Origin: Oopsacas minuta
Lineage: Eukaryota > Animalia > Porifera
Reading direction: 5' to 3'
Assembly (NCBI GenBank): GCA_024704765.1
Contig: JAKMXF010000324.1
Span: forward strand, 1 to 64,000
Length of the DNA stretch: 64,000 nucleotides
In this document: in pieces, positions 34,709-44,957 of the stretch
Layout: the number at the start of each line of letters is the position of its first letter
Position numbering within the stretch: position 1 is the first letter of the stretch
Made by a program: the position numbers and the translations under genes
Notes under the pieces: model-generated
The model's database searches: none
Seen by the model: the letters and a program-made list of their open reading frames with translations, nothing else
What the model was told of the DNA's origin: nothing

Positions 34709-35902
34709 ATGGCTGAAGTAATACAGGAGTTTAATGCCGAACAAAAACTTGAAGCCCTCAAAATGGAAATTATCCGAACTTTTGATGAACTTTACGCATT
34801 TCTGTCGGAACACAGGGATTGCCTACTGAATAGACTAGCTAAAATGAAAGAGGGGTATGATACAAATCTAACATTGGAGCAAGCCATCAATGAACTGAAA
34901 ACTGCAAAAGCTAATGCACAAACAATCATGAAAAGCAATTTGTTAGAACCTATGAGAAAAGTTTTCGATGAGCAGTTGGTAGGATTAGAAAATTCAAAGG
35001 TAGCCGTAGATAACTTGAAGATAGTTGAGTTTCGTTGCTATTCTCAAAAAATTAGAACAGCTGTGAAGGAAATTGATTTGTTTGAAATTAGTCCCGAATA
35101 CGTAAAGAGAGAAAATCCCATCAAAAAGGTTTGTAAGCGTGGTAGGGGAAATGGAGAGTTGAATAATCCCTCAGGAATAGCTGTAGATAGAGCAAGGAAT
35201 GTACTTTACATTTGTGACAAAAATAACAGTCGTATTCAAGTGTTGAATACTGAAGGAGAGTATTTACGTTCGTTTGGGACTGATCATTTGAAAGAGCCAT
35301 GGGGTATATGTCTGTCAAAAGAGGAAGTATTCGTTACTGATAAAGCTAAAGAGTCTATTGTGAAGTTTAGTCTAGCAGGACAATTCCTAAAGGAAACAGG
35401 CTCAAGAGGCATTATAGAAGGACGATTTACTTCTATCTCAGGATTGTGTTATGAAGCTGGGTTAATATATGTCTGTGATTTTAGTATACAAAGAATTCAA
35501 ATATTTGATTCTAATCTTAAATTCATTAAAGAGTTCGGCTACGGAGAACTCAAACTTCCAAAAGACATTACTCTATTCTCTGACAGAATCTACATCCTAT
35601 CTCAAAACAACTCCATCTATTGCTACAACAGAGACTGTACTCTCCAGAATATTATACAGCTGATTGGACAGGATCAGCCAATGACAGCAGCTATCTTCTT
35701 CACGATTGATAAGAAGGGGAACTTCTTAATTACCGACAATACAACTGACGAAATCCGTATCTTCTCACCTCAAGGAGTGATGAAGCATATTCTGGGTAGA
35801 GGACATCTCTCTTTCTTATGCGGTATTGTATTAGATAACTCAGATAATATTATATGTGTGAATCATGGCATTGAAGGCTATGCCCTCTTCCAGAAATATT
35901 AA
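34709..35902 (+). CDS. Coiled-coil + NHL-repeat beta-propeller protein (TRIM71/NHL-like, no RING/B-box), 397 aa, intronless
   Basis: Six NHL-type repeats (GELNNPSGIAVD, LKEPWGICL, FTSISGLCYE, LKLPKDITL, FFTIDKKGNFLITD, FLCGIVLDNSDNII) after an N-terminal helical region. Confidence 0.88.
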   Translation: MAEVIQEFNAEQKLEALKMEIIRTFDELYAFLSEHRDCLLNRLAKMKEGYDTNLTLEQAINELKTAKANAQTIMKSNLLEPMRKVFDEQLVGLENSKVAVDNLKIVEFRCYSQKIRTAVKEIDLFEISPEYVKRENPIKKVCKRGRGNGELNNPSGIAVDRARNVLYICDKNNSRIQVLNTEGEYLRSFGTDHLKEPWGICLSKEEVFVTDKAKESIVKFSLAGQFLKETGSRGIIEGRFTSISGLCYEAGLIYVCDFSIQRIQIFDSNLKFIKEFGYGELKLPKDITLFSDRIYILSQNNSIYCYNRDCTLQNIIQLIGQDQPMTAAIFFTIDKKGNFLITDNTTDEIRIFSPQGVMKHILGRGHLSFLCGIVLDNSDNIICVNHGIEGYALFQKY

Positions 35903-36592
35903 CTATCGTCCTAAATGATCCTAATTGTATATTTCCAATTTTTGTTTACCCCTCTTAACTTTATATTCTATTTGTATATTATTTACTCTCAATTAAATAT
36001 CAATAACACACAGCTTATGTCAATAACTTCAATTCATATCACAAGTGTGGCATATATTGGTTATTATTCTGTCGGATAGAAAGTGTGTTCATTCCGTCAA
36101 TTTGCGGTTGATTAGGGTCCTGTCCTGTTTTTCTTTTTTTAACGGATCACTTTAGAGAATTGAGACTGTGAGTATATGCCTACACACCAGACCCAGGGGC
36201 AGATACTGAGGTTTATCTAGGTACTTGGCGGGCACGGTCAGCAGCCATGAAGGAGTGCCAACCGTGATACTCAAATGTGTACATGTTAGGTCCAAAGGTG
36301 TAATCCTAACCCTAAAATAAAAAGAGTATGCCAAGGAATTCCTGAGCCGAAAATAATATTAGCCAACTTGAATTTGCCTGTCTCAGATTTCCTATAGTCT
36401 TCTGCACTAATTTACTTTCGGATATTATCTCATGTTAGCTTTGCAAAGTATTAGCAAGCAAACTAATCTATCAATGAAGAATTATCCCATCTCATCTAAT
36501 ATTATTCGAATAATCTCATAGCACATATAACTAGGATTAGAATTATATTACAATTAATATTAAAAGAGTAATTAACAAAATATTATTCTAAA

Positions 36593-38170
36593 ATGCTAAA
36601 ACGTAGCAAGAAAATCAGAGGGCTAGTATTCGATATAACCTCTTCTTATGATTATGCTGAAGTTGAATTTACAAAAGCAAACAAGCCGAATGGTGTGAAC
36701 ATAAAATGGGCCAAGCAGAGCCAGCTGATCGATTTCAATGGAGCGGGAAAAGATCTGGTTTGGGAACATGTTCCTGAAGGTGATAATAAATGGAGAGTCG
36801 ATTTTCCCGAAAAGTGTCAGCAAAGTTTAAAAATAACAACTTTTAAAGGCAAGAAAGGTCTGACATTCGAGCGCACCATAAGTAAATACGCAATAGAGAC
36901 AGAATTAGAAGGAAAATCAAAGTGTATCGGGGAGGCAGAAATCGATCTAGGTGAACACATTAACACGAATAACCTCACAACAAAAATAAGCATAGACTTT
37001 ATTCCCAAACAGAAATATGCCAAAAAAGCTGTCTTGATTATAACTTTGAATTTCGCCTTTTCGCACTCTGGAGATTTGCCTAACTACGTAACACTGCCAA
37101 GGCAACGTCCAAAAGCCGCAAACACTCTGTGCAACGCTTTGAAAGATTCTTTTGGAGATATTGTCACGACGGGGGCTTCGAAACCAACAGACATGACAGA
37201 ATTATTAAATTCTGACAAAATCTATCTTCTTATAAATAACAATTTGGAGGGTGCGAATGAGCTTTTCACACATGCAAAAATGTTTGCGTCGAAAACCAAG
37301 CTAAACCGACATCAAATCCAATTACTTTTCATATCATTGGGACAGAATCTTGAAGAATTGACGCGAATTGTCAAAGAACAAAATTTAGGATTTCCGGTGA
37401 TAAAAGCTTCACAAATTTTGAAAAACTTGAGTAGTGCATTTTTAACCGCAGACAGTAACGAAAATTTACTTATCATAACACCTGACGGTGAGATTATAGA
37501 GATATTTTCAGGTTTAGATGAAATCAAAGAACATATGGATAAAGAAATAATTAACTTGAATAGCGATGGTCTGTCCATCGTGTCGAATGTCTCTAGCAAG
37601 AAGCGCAGCCGGAGTTCAGTTAAGAATCGGACAGCAGACATATTGATGGAAACTGAACAGAAAATTACGAATTTATTGGAAGAAAAGGATTTCTTAACAA
37701 GCGAAAACGAGCAACTTAAGTTAACCTTACATCGGAAAACCTCCGAATTAGATATCAAAAAGGAGAAAGAAAAGGAAAACAAGGAAGCAGAAGCAAATCT
37801 AGAGTACAAAACTAAAATTCTCCAGGCCGAGCGGGACATTAGAACTACTTTAAACAAGCGAGGGGTAAGCGGACTGACTGGGAAGAATTTCAGAACACGA
37901 AGTTTCTCATTTGAAGACGATTGCATATGTTACTACGACCCAATGAATAACAAAATGAAAGGATACATCAATATTGTCAATATTAAATCCATCGAAAAAG
38001 CGCCGGATGATAAACAAGATAAAACAGGAGGTCTGTTCTACATAAATACACATATGAGAGTATACGAGGTTCAAGCACAGAATAACTTCCAAATGGAGAA
38101 ATGGATATCTGCAGTTGAAGTGTTAAGAAAAGTGGTCATAGACAGAATATCAAGGACAGATACTATATGA
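36593..38170 (+). CDS. NT-C2 + degenerate thioredoxin-like + coiled coil + PH domain protein, paralogue 3, 525 aa, intronless
   Basis: Same architecture as 7731 and 9746: GVNIKWAK...LKITTFKGKKG...IGEAEIDLGEH; QIQLLFISLG...LLIITPDGEII; TTLNKRG...VYEVQA...KWISAV. Confidence 0.85.
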   Translation: MLKRSKKIRGLVFDITSSYDYAEVEFTKANKPNGVNIKWAKQSQLIDFNGAGKDLVWEHVPEGDNKWRVDFPEKCQQSLKITTFKGKKGLTFERTISKYAIETELEGKSKCIGEAEIDLGEHINTNNLTTKISIDFIPKQKYAKKAVLIITLNFAFSHSGDLPNYVTLPRQRPKAANTLCNALKDSFGDIVTTGASKPTDMTELLNSDKIYLLINNNLEGANELFTHAKMFASKTKLNRHQIQLLFISLGQNLEELTRIVKEQNLGFPVIKASQILKNLSSAFLTADSNENLLIITPDGEIIEIFSGLDEIKEHMDKEIINLNSDGLSIVSNVSSKKRSRSSVKNRTADILMETEQKITNLLEEKDFLTSENEQLKLTLHRKTSELDIKKEKEKENKEAEANLEYKTKILQAERDIRTTLNKRGVSGLTGKNFRTRSFSFEDDCICYYDPMNNKMKGYINIVNIKSIEKAPDDKQDKTGGLFYINTHMRVYEVQAQNNFQMEKWISAVEVLRKVVIDRISRTDTI

Positions 38171-38596
38171 GAATTCCAGAAGGCAATGAATTTCCTTTTT
38201 TATGTGTCATCCATGGTTAATTGTTATATTAAATGTATTTTGTGAAAAGTTATACTAACAAATGATTATTAGAATTCAATTAGTTTTTGTACAAACACAA
38301 ACAAACTAACAATGATAATATTCTAATCCGTGAAAGAGGTGATAAACAATTAATAAAATACTCAGTTATCAATAAACAGAACTGACATTAATTAGCTCGG
38401 TTAGCAAGTATCCAAATTATGTAAATGAAAGTTTGCATGCTTACAGGGATTAGAATTGCTTCAGAATATCTAGAATTGAAAATTGGCTGTAAGTGCTGAA
38501 TAAACTCAATTCAATTGACTTCACTAATTCACCGCCGATATTTTCATTATAATAATTAGAATCATTGTGTTGCTCTCCTTCTAGTGTGCAGCTGTT

Positions 38597-38650
38597 ACCA
38601 ACATGGGGTCTTGGTGGTTCACGGATGACAACAGGAGTCCACAAGATCTC
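38597..38650. mobile_element. hAT MITE family H fragment (reverse)
   Basis: cttggtggttcacggatgacaacaggagtccacaagatctc is the reverse of the family H core. Confidence 0.6.
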
Positions 38651-39416
38651 ATATTGCCACTTTTTAGGTGTGAAAATATGTATGTATGTGACAATATCAT
38701 AGTTTAACATAGTTTAGAGTTCTTACAAAAGTCTACAGAGATTCTCAATAGAAATTTCCTTATTCAAGAATATGCAAATATTTGATGTAATTTAGTGCAG
38801 AATTTGAATGGCTTAGTAATACATTGTGTATATTGGAATTTCCATTTTAGAATAAATGAGAGATCATTTTACAGCTAAACACGGTTCGTATTCGTAAGGG
38901 AAAGTATATATCGCAGAAATATACATAAATTATCACGTAATGTAGTCTTTGGAAACTCTCATTTTTGTACAATATTGGGTGTTATGTGAAATCGAAAAGT
39001 GTTCGCCCTTTTGATATGCGAACAAGAATACTAATATGCAAATCCGCCTAAAAGTGCTGTCTGAAGATATTTTACCATCTCTGATCAACATGTTGGGGTC
39101 AAAAGTCGTGCAGCACGAGCAAGCAAATCATCTTAAACCTATGCATCTATCACTATCAATACACACATCTTCTAAAATTTCCGCCAAACTCTCATAACTA
39201 GAATTCTAAAGTCTATTAAACCTTATATTAGCGATAATACACCCATGATTAATTAACAAATTGTATTAAGTAGGATAATGAGAATATACAATTCAATACG
39301 CAGCCATATTCAACAAAATGGCTTTGAACCTGCTACGATGTCCTATGTATGTGCAGATGAAAGTATAAATAGGGAAAAGCCACTTGTAAAGTATCAATAA
39401 AATTAACAGTTTTGCA

Positions 39417-40334
39417 ATGCCTTCTATTAAACGTAAATTGAGAACTTTCCTATTCAAGCGGATGGGTCCGAAACCGACTGAACGTCGAGAAATTGATTTT
39501 TCATTTGTCCCATCAGCGCATGAAGAATTCAGATCACAAACAACCAAGAAATTAATGAGCTTGAATCGACGTGAAATGTTTATTGATGATAATATAAGTA
39601 AGATCAAGAAAGACCTTTTGAAAATGCGTCAAGAAAGTGGAGAACTAATGACAAGATGCACACGATTGGACAGTAATCTGGGCCCAGAAGAATTCCCAAA
39701 AGTGTCAGTGAGCAGTCTTACACCCTCCGAAAGTCAAAATAAAACATTCGATGACTGCGATCTATCTATTTGCTCAGATGATGACTATGATAATCCTGTC
39801 TTGACACCTTCAATTTCCTGTCGACCACGTTTGGAGACAGTCGCGAGCAACACCGAAATTTCTAGCACAAAATCCAGCATAGAGACAGAGAACAAATCAC
39901 AAATCAATTTCCCAGAAAACTCCCCGTCTCTCTCGTCGGAATGTTCTTCTGAGCAATCGCCAGTCAAAGATTCGTCACTCGACGAAACACCTGTACGTAC
40001 CTTAAACCGCCAATTCTATCGCGCGCCTAAAACACTCCCAAATTCAACACATCACATATCAGGGAAATCTTACTCAGAAAACGATTGCCCGCCCGTTTTA
40101 AACCGCTACTCCCTGTTACTTCCAGAACGCCCGCACTCTTCATTCATGGACTACTTCCACTCAAGCCAGAGACATATGGCATACAAAATAACGAACCCAC
40201 AGAATTTATTACACACCAACTCAGAATCGATTCTTGAACAATCAATCACGAAACCCAAATCTTTTGCAACGGATGTTTTTGATGAAGTAAGAAAATCCAT
40301 CGGTGACTTGACCGTAAATAAAATTACCAATTAA
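39417..40334 (+). CDS. Orphan coiled-coil + Ser-rich protein, 305 aa, paralogue B of 23801-24451
   Basis: Intact ATG ORF; shares the MPS..KL start, E(D/E)FR...RLD coiled segment and SF...VF..VR..I C-terminus with 23801. Confidence 0.78.
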   Translation: MPSIKRKLRTFLFKRMGPKPTERREIDFSFVPSAHEEFRSQTTKKLMSLNRREMFIDDNISKIKKDLLKMRQESGELMTRCTRLDSNLGPEEFPKVSVSSLTPSESQNKTFDDCDLSICSDDDYDNPVLTPSISCRPRLETVASNTEISSTKSSIETENKSQINFPENSPSLSSECSSEQSPVKDSSLDETPVRTLNRQFYRAPKTLPNSTHHISGKSYSENDCPPVLNRYSLLLPERPHSSFMDYFHSSQRHMAYKITNPQNLLHTNSESILEQSITKPKSFATDVFDEVRKSIGDLTVNKITN

Positions 40335-42832
40335 TACTAATCTAATTATAGTCTATTTTGGTATCATTATTCAAAAAATTAATGATTTTAATTATTATCT
40401 TAAACTTTATTAATAATAGTCATCACCCTAATTATCTCAGCTGGGTTGTTTATTTTTTAAATTAAATAACAACCACAATATTTGTTATAATGGACTCAAT
40501 TTTGGGGAGATTGGAGGATAGCAAATTGGTCTAGGCATCTTCTATCCAGTCAGAGGTCATGTATGTGTGCCCCATAGTTTTACATATGATATCAGAATGT
40601 ACCCTTGGGTAACTAAGTTACTCAGCTGCATATAGAACAAAATTTTCACAAACGTAATATTTCTATGTAAGTAAGATTGTTAAGCAAACAACTCAATAAT
40701 TTCCTCAAAATTATCAAATAGTGTTAACAATTGATTCGTAAGTTAAATCATAATTCAAAGTATTGGTTAGCAAGGAGGACAAACACATTTTATGAACTGT
40801 CAGCATAACACTATACCGCAGAGATATAAACTTCCAATTCAGAGTACCACTAACCACAGTTATATCCTTTGAGCTTATTCACTCATAGGGGTTTTTACAT
40901 TAGGTTTAATGGTATACCATTTTTATATTGACAAGTAAACTATTATTTGGATTTATTATTATCAATAGCACTGTATTCTGTTGCTACACAGGGGTCTTGG
41001 CCAAAGTGTCCAAGAGGTACCCGCTATACACTGAATTGGCCAATATGCATACAGCCGTTATGGCAGATTCTACTTCCTCTGTTAACGAAGGTGATATAAT
41101 AGGATATTCTGAAACAATAATTTCAAATCAAACATTGTAATAACAAATAAATGACTTAAAGTATTACATAAAATGATTTGATATTTAAGCTACCAATAAC
41201 AAAGTAATCAGACAATACTTCTATTGAAGAGGGACTGTCCTTACTATGATAATTCTTAGAAAGGTTCATAGTGTTCATTTTATAAAGGAGGAGTTTGATA
41301 AAATATACTCACGTTACAGAAATATTTAGTAATGCGTATTTGATAATTATTCAAATTAACCTACTTTGAGAATACCATTTGTCGAAGGCGGGACTCTTAG
41401 GAATATCTAGACAGCTTATCTAATTATCGAACAAAGACTCAGGAAATGGCGCCAAAAAATCAAACATCAATTTTGAGAAAATGGCGCCTAAATCAGAGAA
41501 GCTATAATAGGAATACAATGAAATCTCTCAATTTGGCGCCTTACTGTAAGAAGTACCAATTGAATGTATTCCAAACGAAAATATCAACTGTAATTTCATA
41601 TCCTAGCAACTATTATAGCTGATAAGTATGTAGGAATTTAAAATAAAGCTTCTCGTATAATATCACTTATAGCTTATCACTTAACAGAACTCTTATGACA
41701 TCTCTCATATATATTGTGAGGTAATGTAATTGAGTTAATTGAAATGTAATTCTATCATGGGTTCGTTTAAAAAATATAATTTTGATCAGTAAAGACAGAG
41801 TCAAGTGATTTATTAGAAATTCATGAAGCCAATTTCTAATTTGTTTTATTTGATTATACATAACATTAGGATACTTTTCTAAGATGAAACCGGTCAAAAA
41901 CCGGTAGACCAGAATGTTTTAAGAAGTTCGAGATAAGTACCTGCCAATTATCCCATATTTTTTAGCGAAACCCCGCTATTTTCTTCACTCAATGGATCTT
42001 CCACATTTGTACTATTTATCCGGAAATTTCTTATTAATCGCGTTATGCTAGCTAGGTTCTACTGTAGTCTCAAATTTAACAAGGGCTATTATTGTTAGGA
42101 GTTATTGGGATTGACCGGTCGGGCCATGAGAAAGCTGTCCGGTTCCAATTCTATCGCTCATTATATATAGCCCTATCAAAATGCATTACTCTTGCTTTAA
42201 TGAACTAAGTGATAGATTGAATGTAAATTTTCTTTGTAATCATTATTGCTCAATTCACGAGGCCCTACTCCATGAATTATTTTGGTCATATATTGCTCCG
42301 AGTATTTTAGCATATATTATTCATTCGTGACGTCACAAGGAATGACATTACTAACGAAAAACAAGAATTATTCACTGAAAAAGTGAGAATTTATCAACCA
42401 CAAATCGTATCCTTTATAAGTAACATCATGGTAACATGATAACAGTTCACTTTAATACCAATATGGAACTATAGAGTAGAATTCCATACAGGTGGTATCC
42501 GTCATATATTCTGCAAATATTCGCTAGTTTTATTATCAAACGTGTTAGTATGTAATTAACCGAATTTCCAAATTGATCTAAAGTTACAATTTATACCAAA
42601 TATTAATAACTAAGGCGTATTATTCACCTTCTCCCCCAAGTGACAAACGCAAGCGGAAGAGAAATCAAAATATTTATTTAATCAGGTGAATGGGTTGAAA
42701 CCGAATCCTACTCAAACAAGGAAATTAATGTGTGTGATGATTTGCAAAAATTATTTGGATATTAATTATATGATAAATTGTGAAAATTAACCTTTCAGAC
42801 AAATTACAAATTGTAATGAGTATTTCTAAATA

Positions 42833-42945
42833 CAGTAGATGCCGGTTATAAGCACAATCTTCTGGAAACGATTCCTGCATATTTATACCGGCTATAAGAT
42901 CATGTATTGCTACTCAAAAGGTGTTCTTGTAACCCGCATCTACTG
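42833..42945. mobile_element. pogo/Tigger-like MITE, family B, with TA target-site duplication
   Basis: TA|cagtagatgccggttataagcac ... gttcttgtaacccgcatctactg|TA; 23-bp TIRs with 3 mismatches; second copy at 47811-47926. Confidence 0.85.
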
Positions 42946-43261
42946 TATACACCCAAATTATACATTGTTTATGAAGTTTACTTCCAAATATGGTTATATT
43001 CTCTTCTAGAGCTCTCCACTGGTAGGCAGCTAGAGAGAATATTTATAGCAGAACCAAATCGTATATTTTTGCCATTAAAGTATAATTGAATTATCCAATT
43101 AACGCTGTGAATTTGTATAAATTTGACTGAGAAATAAGAATTAATTTTTTTAAAATAACAGAAGTGAAAATATCATTTATGATAAGTGATTATTCTTGTT
43201 TCTATTAAACTATAATCAAATCGAATGGAGGAAATAGTAAAAATAAAATTGTATAATATTT

Positions 43262-44494
43262 CTATGAAGTGTTTGGAGTTGGAATCTTTTCTTTTGGCGA
43301 CGTTAACTCTGAAAAAGGATTGGCTACTGTCAGTTCTTTAGTTCCTGTTTGCTCAGGTGAAAGTGGCGCGAATATTGATTCTAGTTTTGTATAAGAACTT
43401 GTTCGCTCTTTTTGAAATAATTTCGTGAATGAATTACTTCTGCTCCCAGAATTACTCCCGCCAGCAACATTCCTTTTCGCAATAGAAATAAACTCATCAT
43501 CAATCGTAGGTGTGGCGCCAGAATCAGTAGGCTCAACACTCGGAACTATATCAACAGAATTATAAGAAAATGAATCATAAAATGAAACTCGATTATTCGC
43601 TTTTGTTTCTTCTGAAAAAGGCATTATTTCATGGAAATTATCATCAAAGTTAAAAGATGACATTTCAGGAGTTACGAATGGGTTCAATGGTGCCTGGGGT
43701 GTAGCGGTCTCGAGAGATTTCGTTTCCATAGAAAGCTCCTCAATCATAGAGTCCAGCTCAGCTGTCACATGGGTCGCTGAGGCACCAAATGTTGTCGGAA
43801 ATATAACTTGGTGTTCATCTAGCGCGTGTTCGGAGAGATATGCAGAAAGTGGCCTCTGTTGTTCGGACTGCGATTCTGGCATCTGAATTTCAGGAGGTTG
43901 TGTTTCCGCCTTCCGTCTTTCCAACTCTCGCTTCTTGCGTTTTTTAGCTCGATGGATTTTATGGACAACAAAATACATTTCTTTGAGAGTAGTAATAACT
44001 CTATCAGCTGTCTTTTCATCAGATTTGAAAGCGTATAATCGATAGCATTTCTTCTCTTCACTCGAAACATTGCAAATAAACACAAACACCTTTTTGTTGT
44101 CAGGAGCCTTCGACGCATACACAAGTTTATAAACAGGAAAACGTAATTTCAAAGCCGAACCACCGTCATCAAAAACCGAAATACCATTACCCAACTTCAT
44201 TCGCAATTCAACTTGGCGCTTTTTACCGCCCAAACTACGTTTGCCATCTCTCACCAAATCGATAGCTAAATGAACCAATTGGGTGTCACGAGGGTCATGT
44301 ATCTTATGGGAACCTATATACCTAGCATCATATACGGATTCATATTGTGAATACTGATTGAATAGCTCTACTATCTTCTCACGGGTGGATTTCTCTGGTG
44401 TAGTTGTTATAGGTATAGAAGAATGGATAACACTGTAATCTGTGTTACGAGGTTTGGAGGAGGTTAGATCGACCAAAAACTTACGAATAGACAT
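43262..44494 (-). CDS. PTB-domain endocytic adaptor (CED-6/GULP- or Dab/Numb-like), 410 aa, intronless
   Basis: PTB core YDARYIGSHKI...QVELRMKLGNGISVFD...KKVFVFIC...LYAFKSDEKTADRVITTL; coiled coil; tail with two NPF motifs and an FxDxF motif (FDDNF). Confidence 0.82.
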   Translation of the reverse strand: MSIRKFLVDLTSSKPRNTDYSVIHSSIPITTTPEKSTREKIVELFNQYSQYESVYDARYIGSHKIHDPRDTQLVHLAIDLVRDGKRSLGGKKRQVELRMKLGNGISVFDDGGSALKLRFPVYKLVYASKAPDNKKVFVFICNVSSEEKKCYRLYAFKSDEKTADRVITTLKEMYFVVHKIHRAKKRKKRELERRKAETQPPEIQMPESQSEQQRPLSAYLSEHALDEHQVIFPTTFGASATHVTAELDSMIEELSMETKSLETATPQAPLNPFVTPEMSSFNFDDNFHEIMPFSEETKANNRVSFYDSFSYNSVDIVPSVEPTDSGATPTIDDEFISIAKRNVAGGSNSGSRSNSFTKLFQKERTSSYTKLESIFAPLSPEQTGTKELTVANPFSELTSPKEKIPTPNTS

Positions 44495-44564
44495 ATTTGA
44501 TGGCTAAAATAGCATACAAGAATAATTTGGGAAATTGCCTTCCAATAATCCAATTAGATTATGC

Positions 44565-44677
44565 CAGTGTTTCCACACCTTCTGTAGAACCCCTACCATG
44601 GTGCAATACAAATTTAGAGATCATGTGGACCCCCTGCTGTCGTCCGTGGGCCAACAAGGGGAGATTGGGAACAGTTG
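44565..44677. mobile_element. hAT MITE family H, copy between NSD and PTB genes
   Basis: Left cagtgtttccacacct, core gtggaccccctgctgtcgtccgtgggcc, right gattgggaacagttg. Confidence 0.65.
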
Positions 44678-44957
44678 GAATAGCTCATCAATTAATAAGG
44701 AACTTTGGATAATATGTAAAAATTATCACCCCTAACAATCAGTTAATATGAACTACGGATAAGGGCAGAAAATGGGCTATGAAAATATTGTGAGCCTTTC
44801 GACTGACAATTACTTGAACAAATGGCACACAAAGACAAAACAATAATGAGGATAGATTGATCATAAATTGATAATTTGTAAATGTTCACACACGGAAGAA
44901 TTACTACGCAAAAAGTTAAAATAAATACTATTATTAACTGATCAATTACCTTATTAG

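Noticed and set aside
36305-36316. Telomere-like cctaaccctaa
   Set aside because: Fewer than two full units; expected by chance or as part of a repeat.
37312-37926. 204-aa minus ORF opposite NT-C2 paralogue 3 (likewise 55041-55469 and 60482-60971 elsewhere)
   Set aside because: Antisense or alternative-frame shadows of well-supported CDSs.
7731-38170. Selenocysteine or active redox site in the thioredoxin-like domains
   Set aside because: No in-frame TGA and no CxxC/CxxU in any of the three paralogues.
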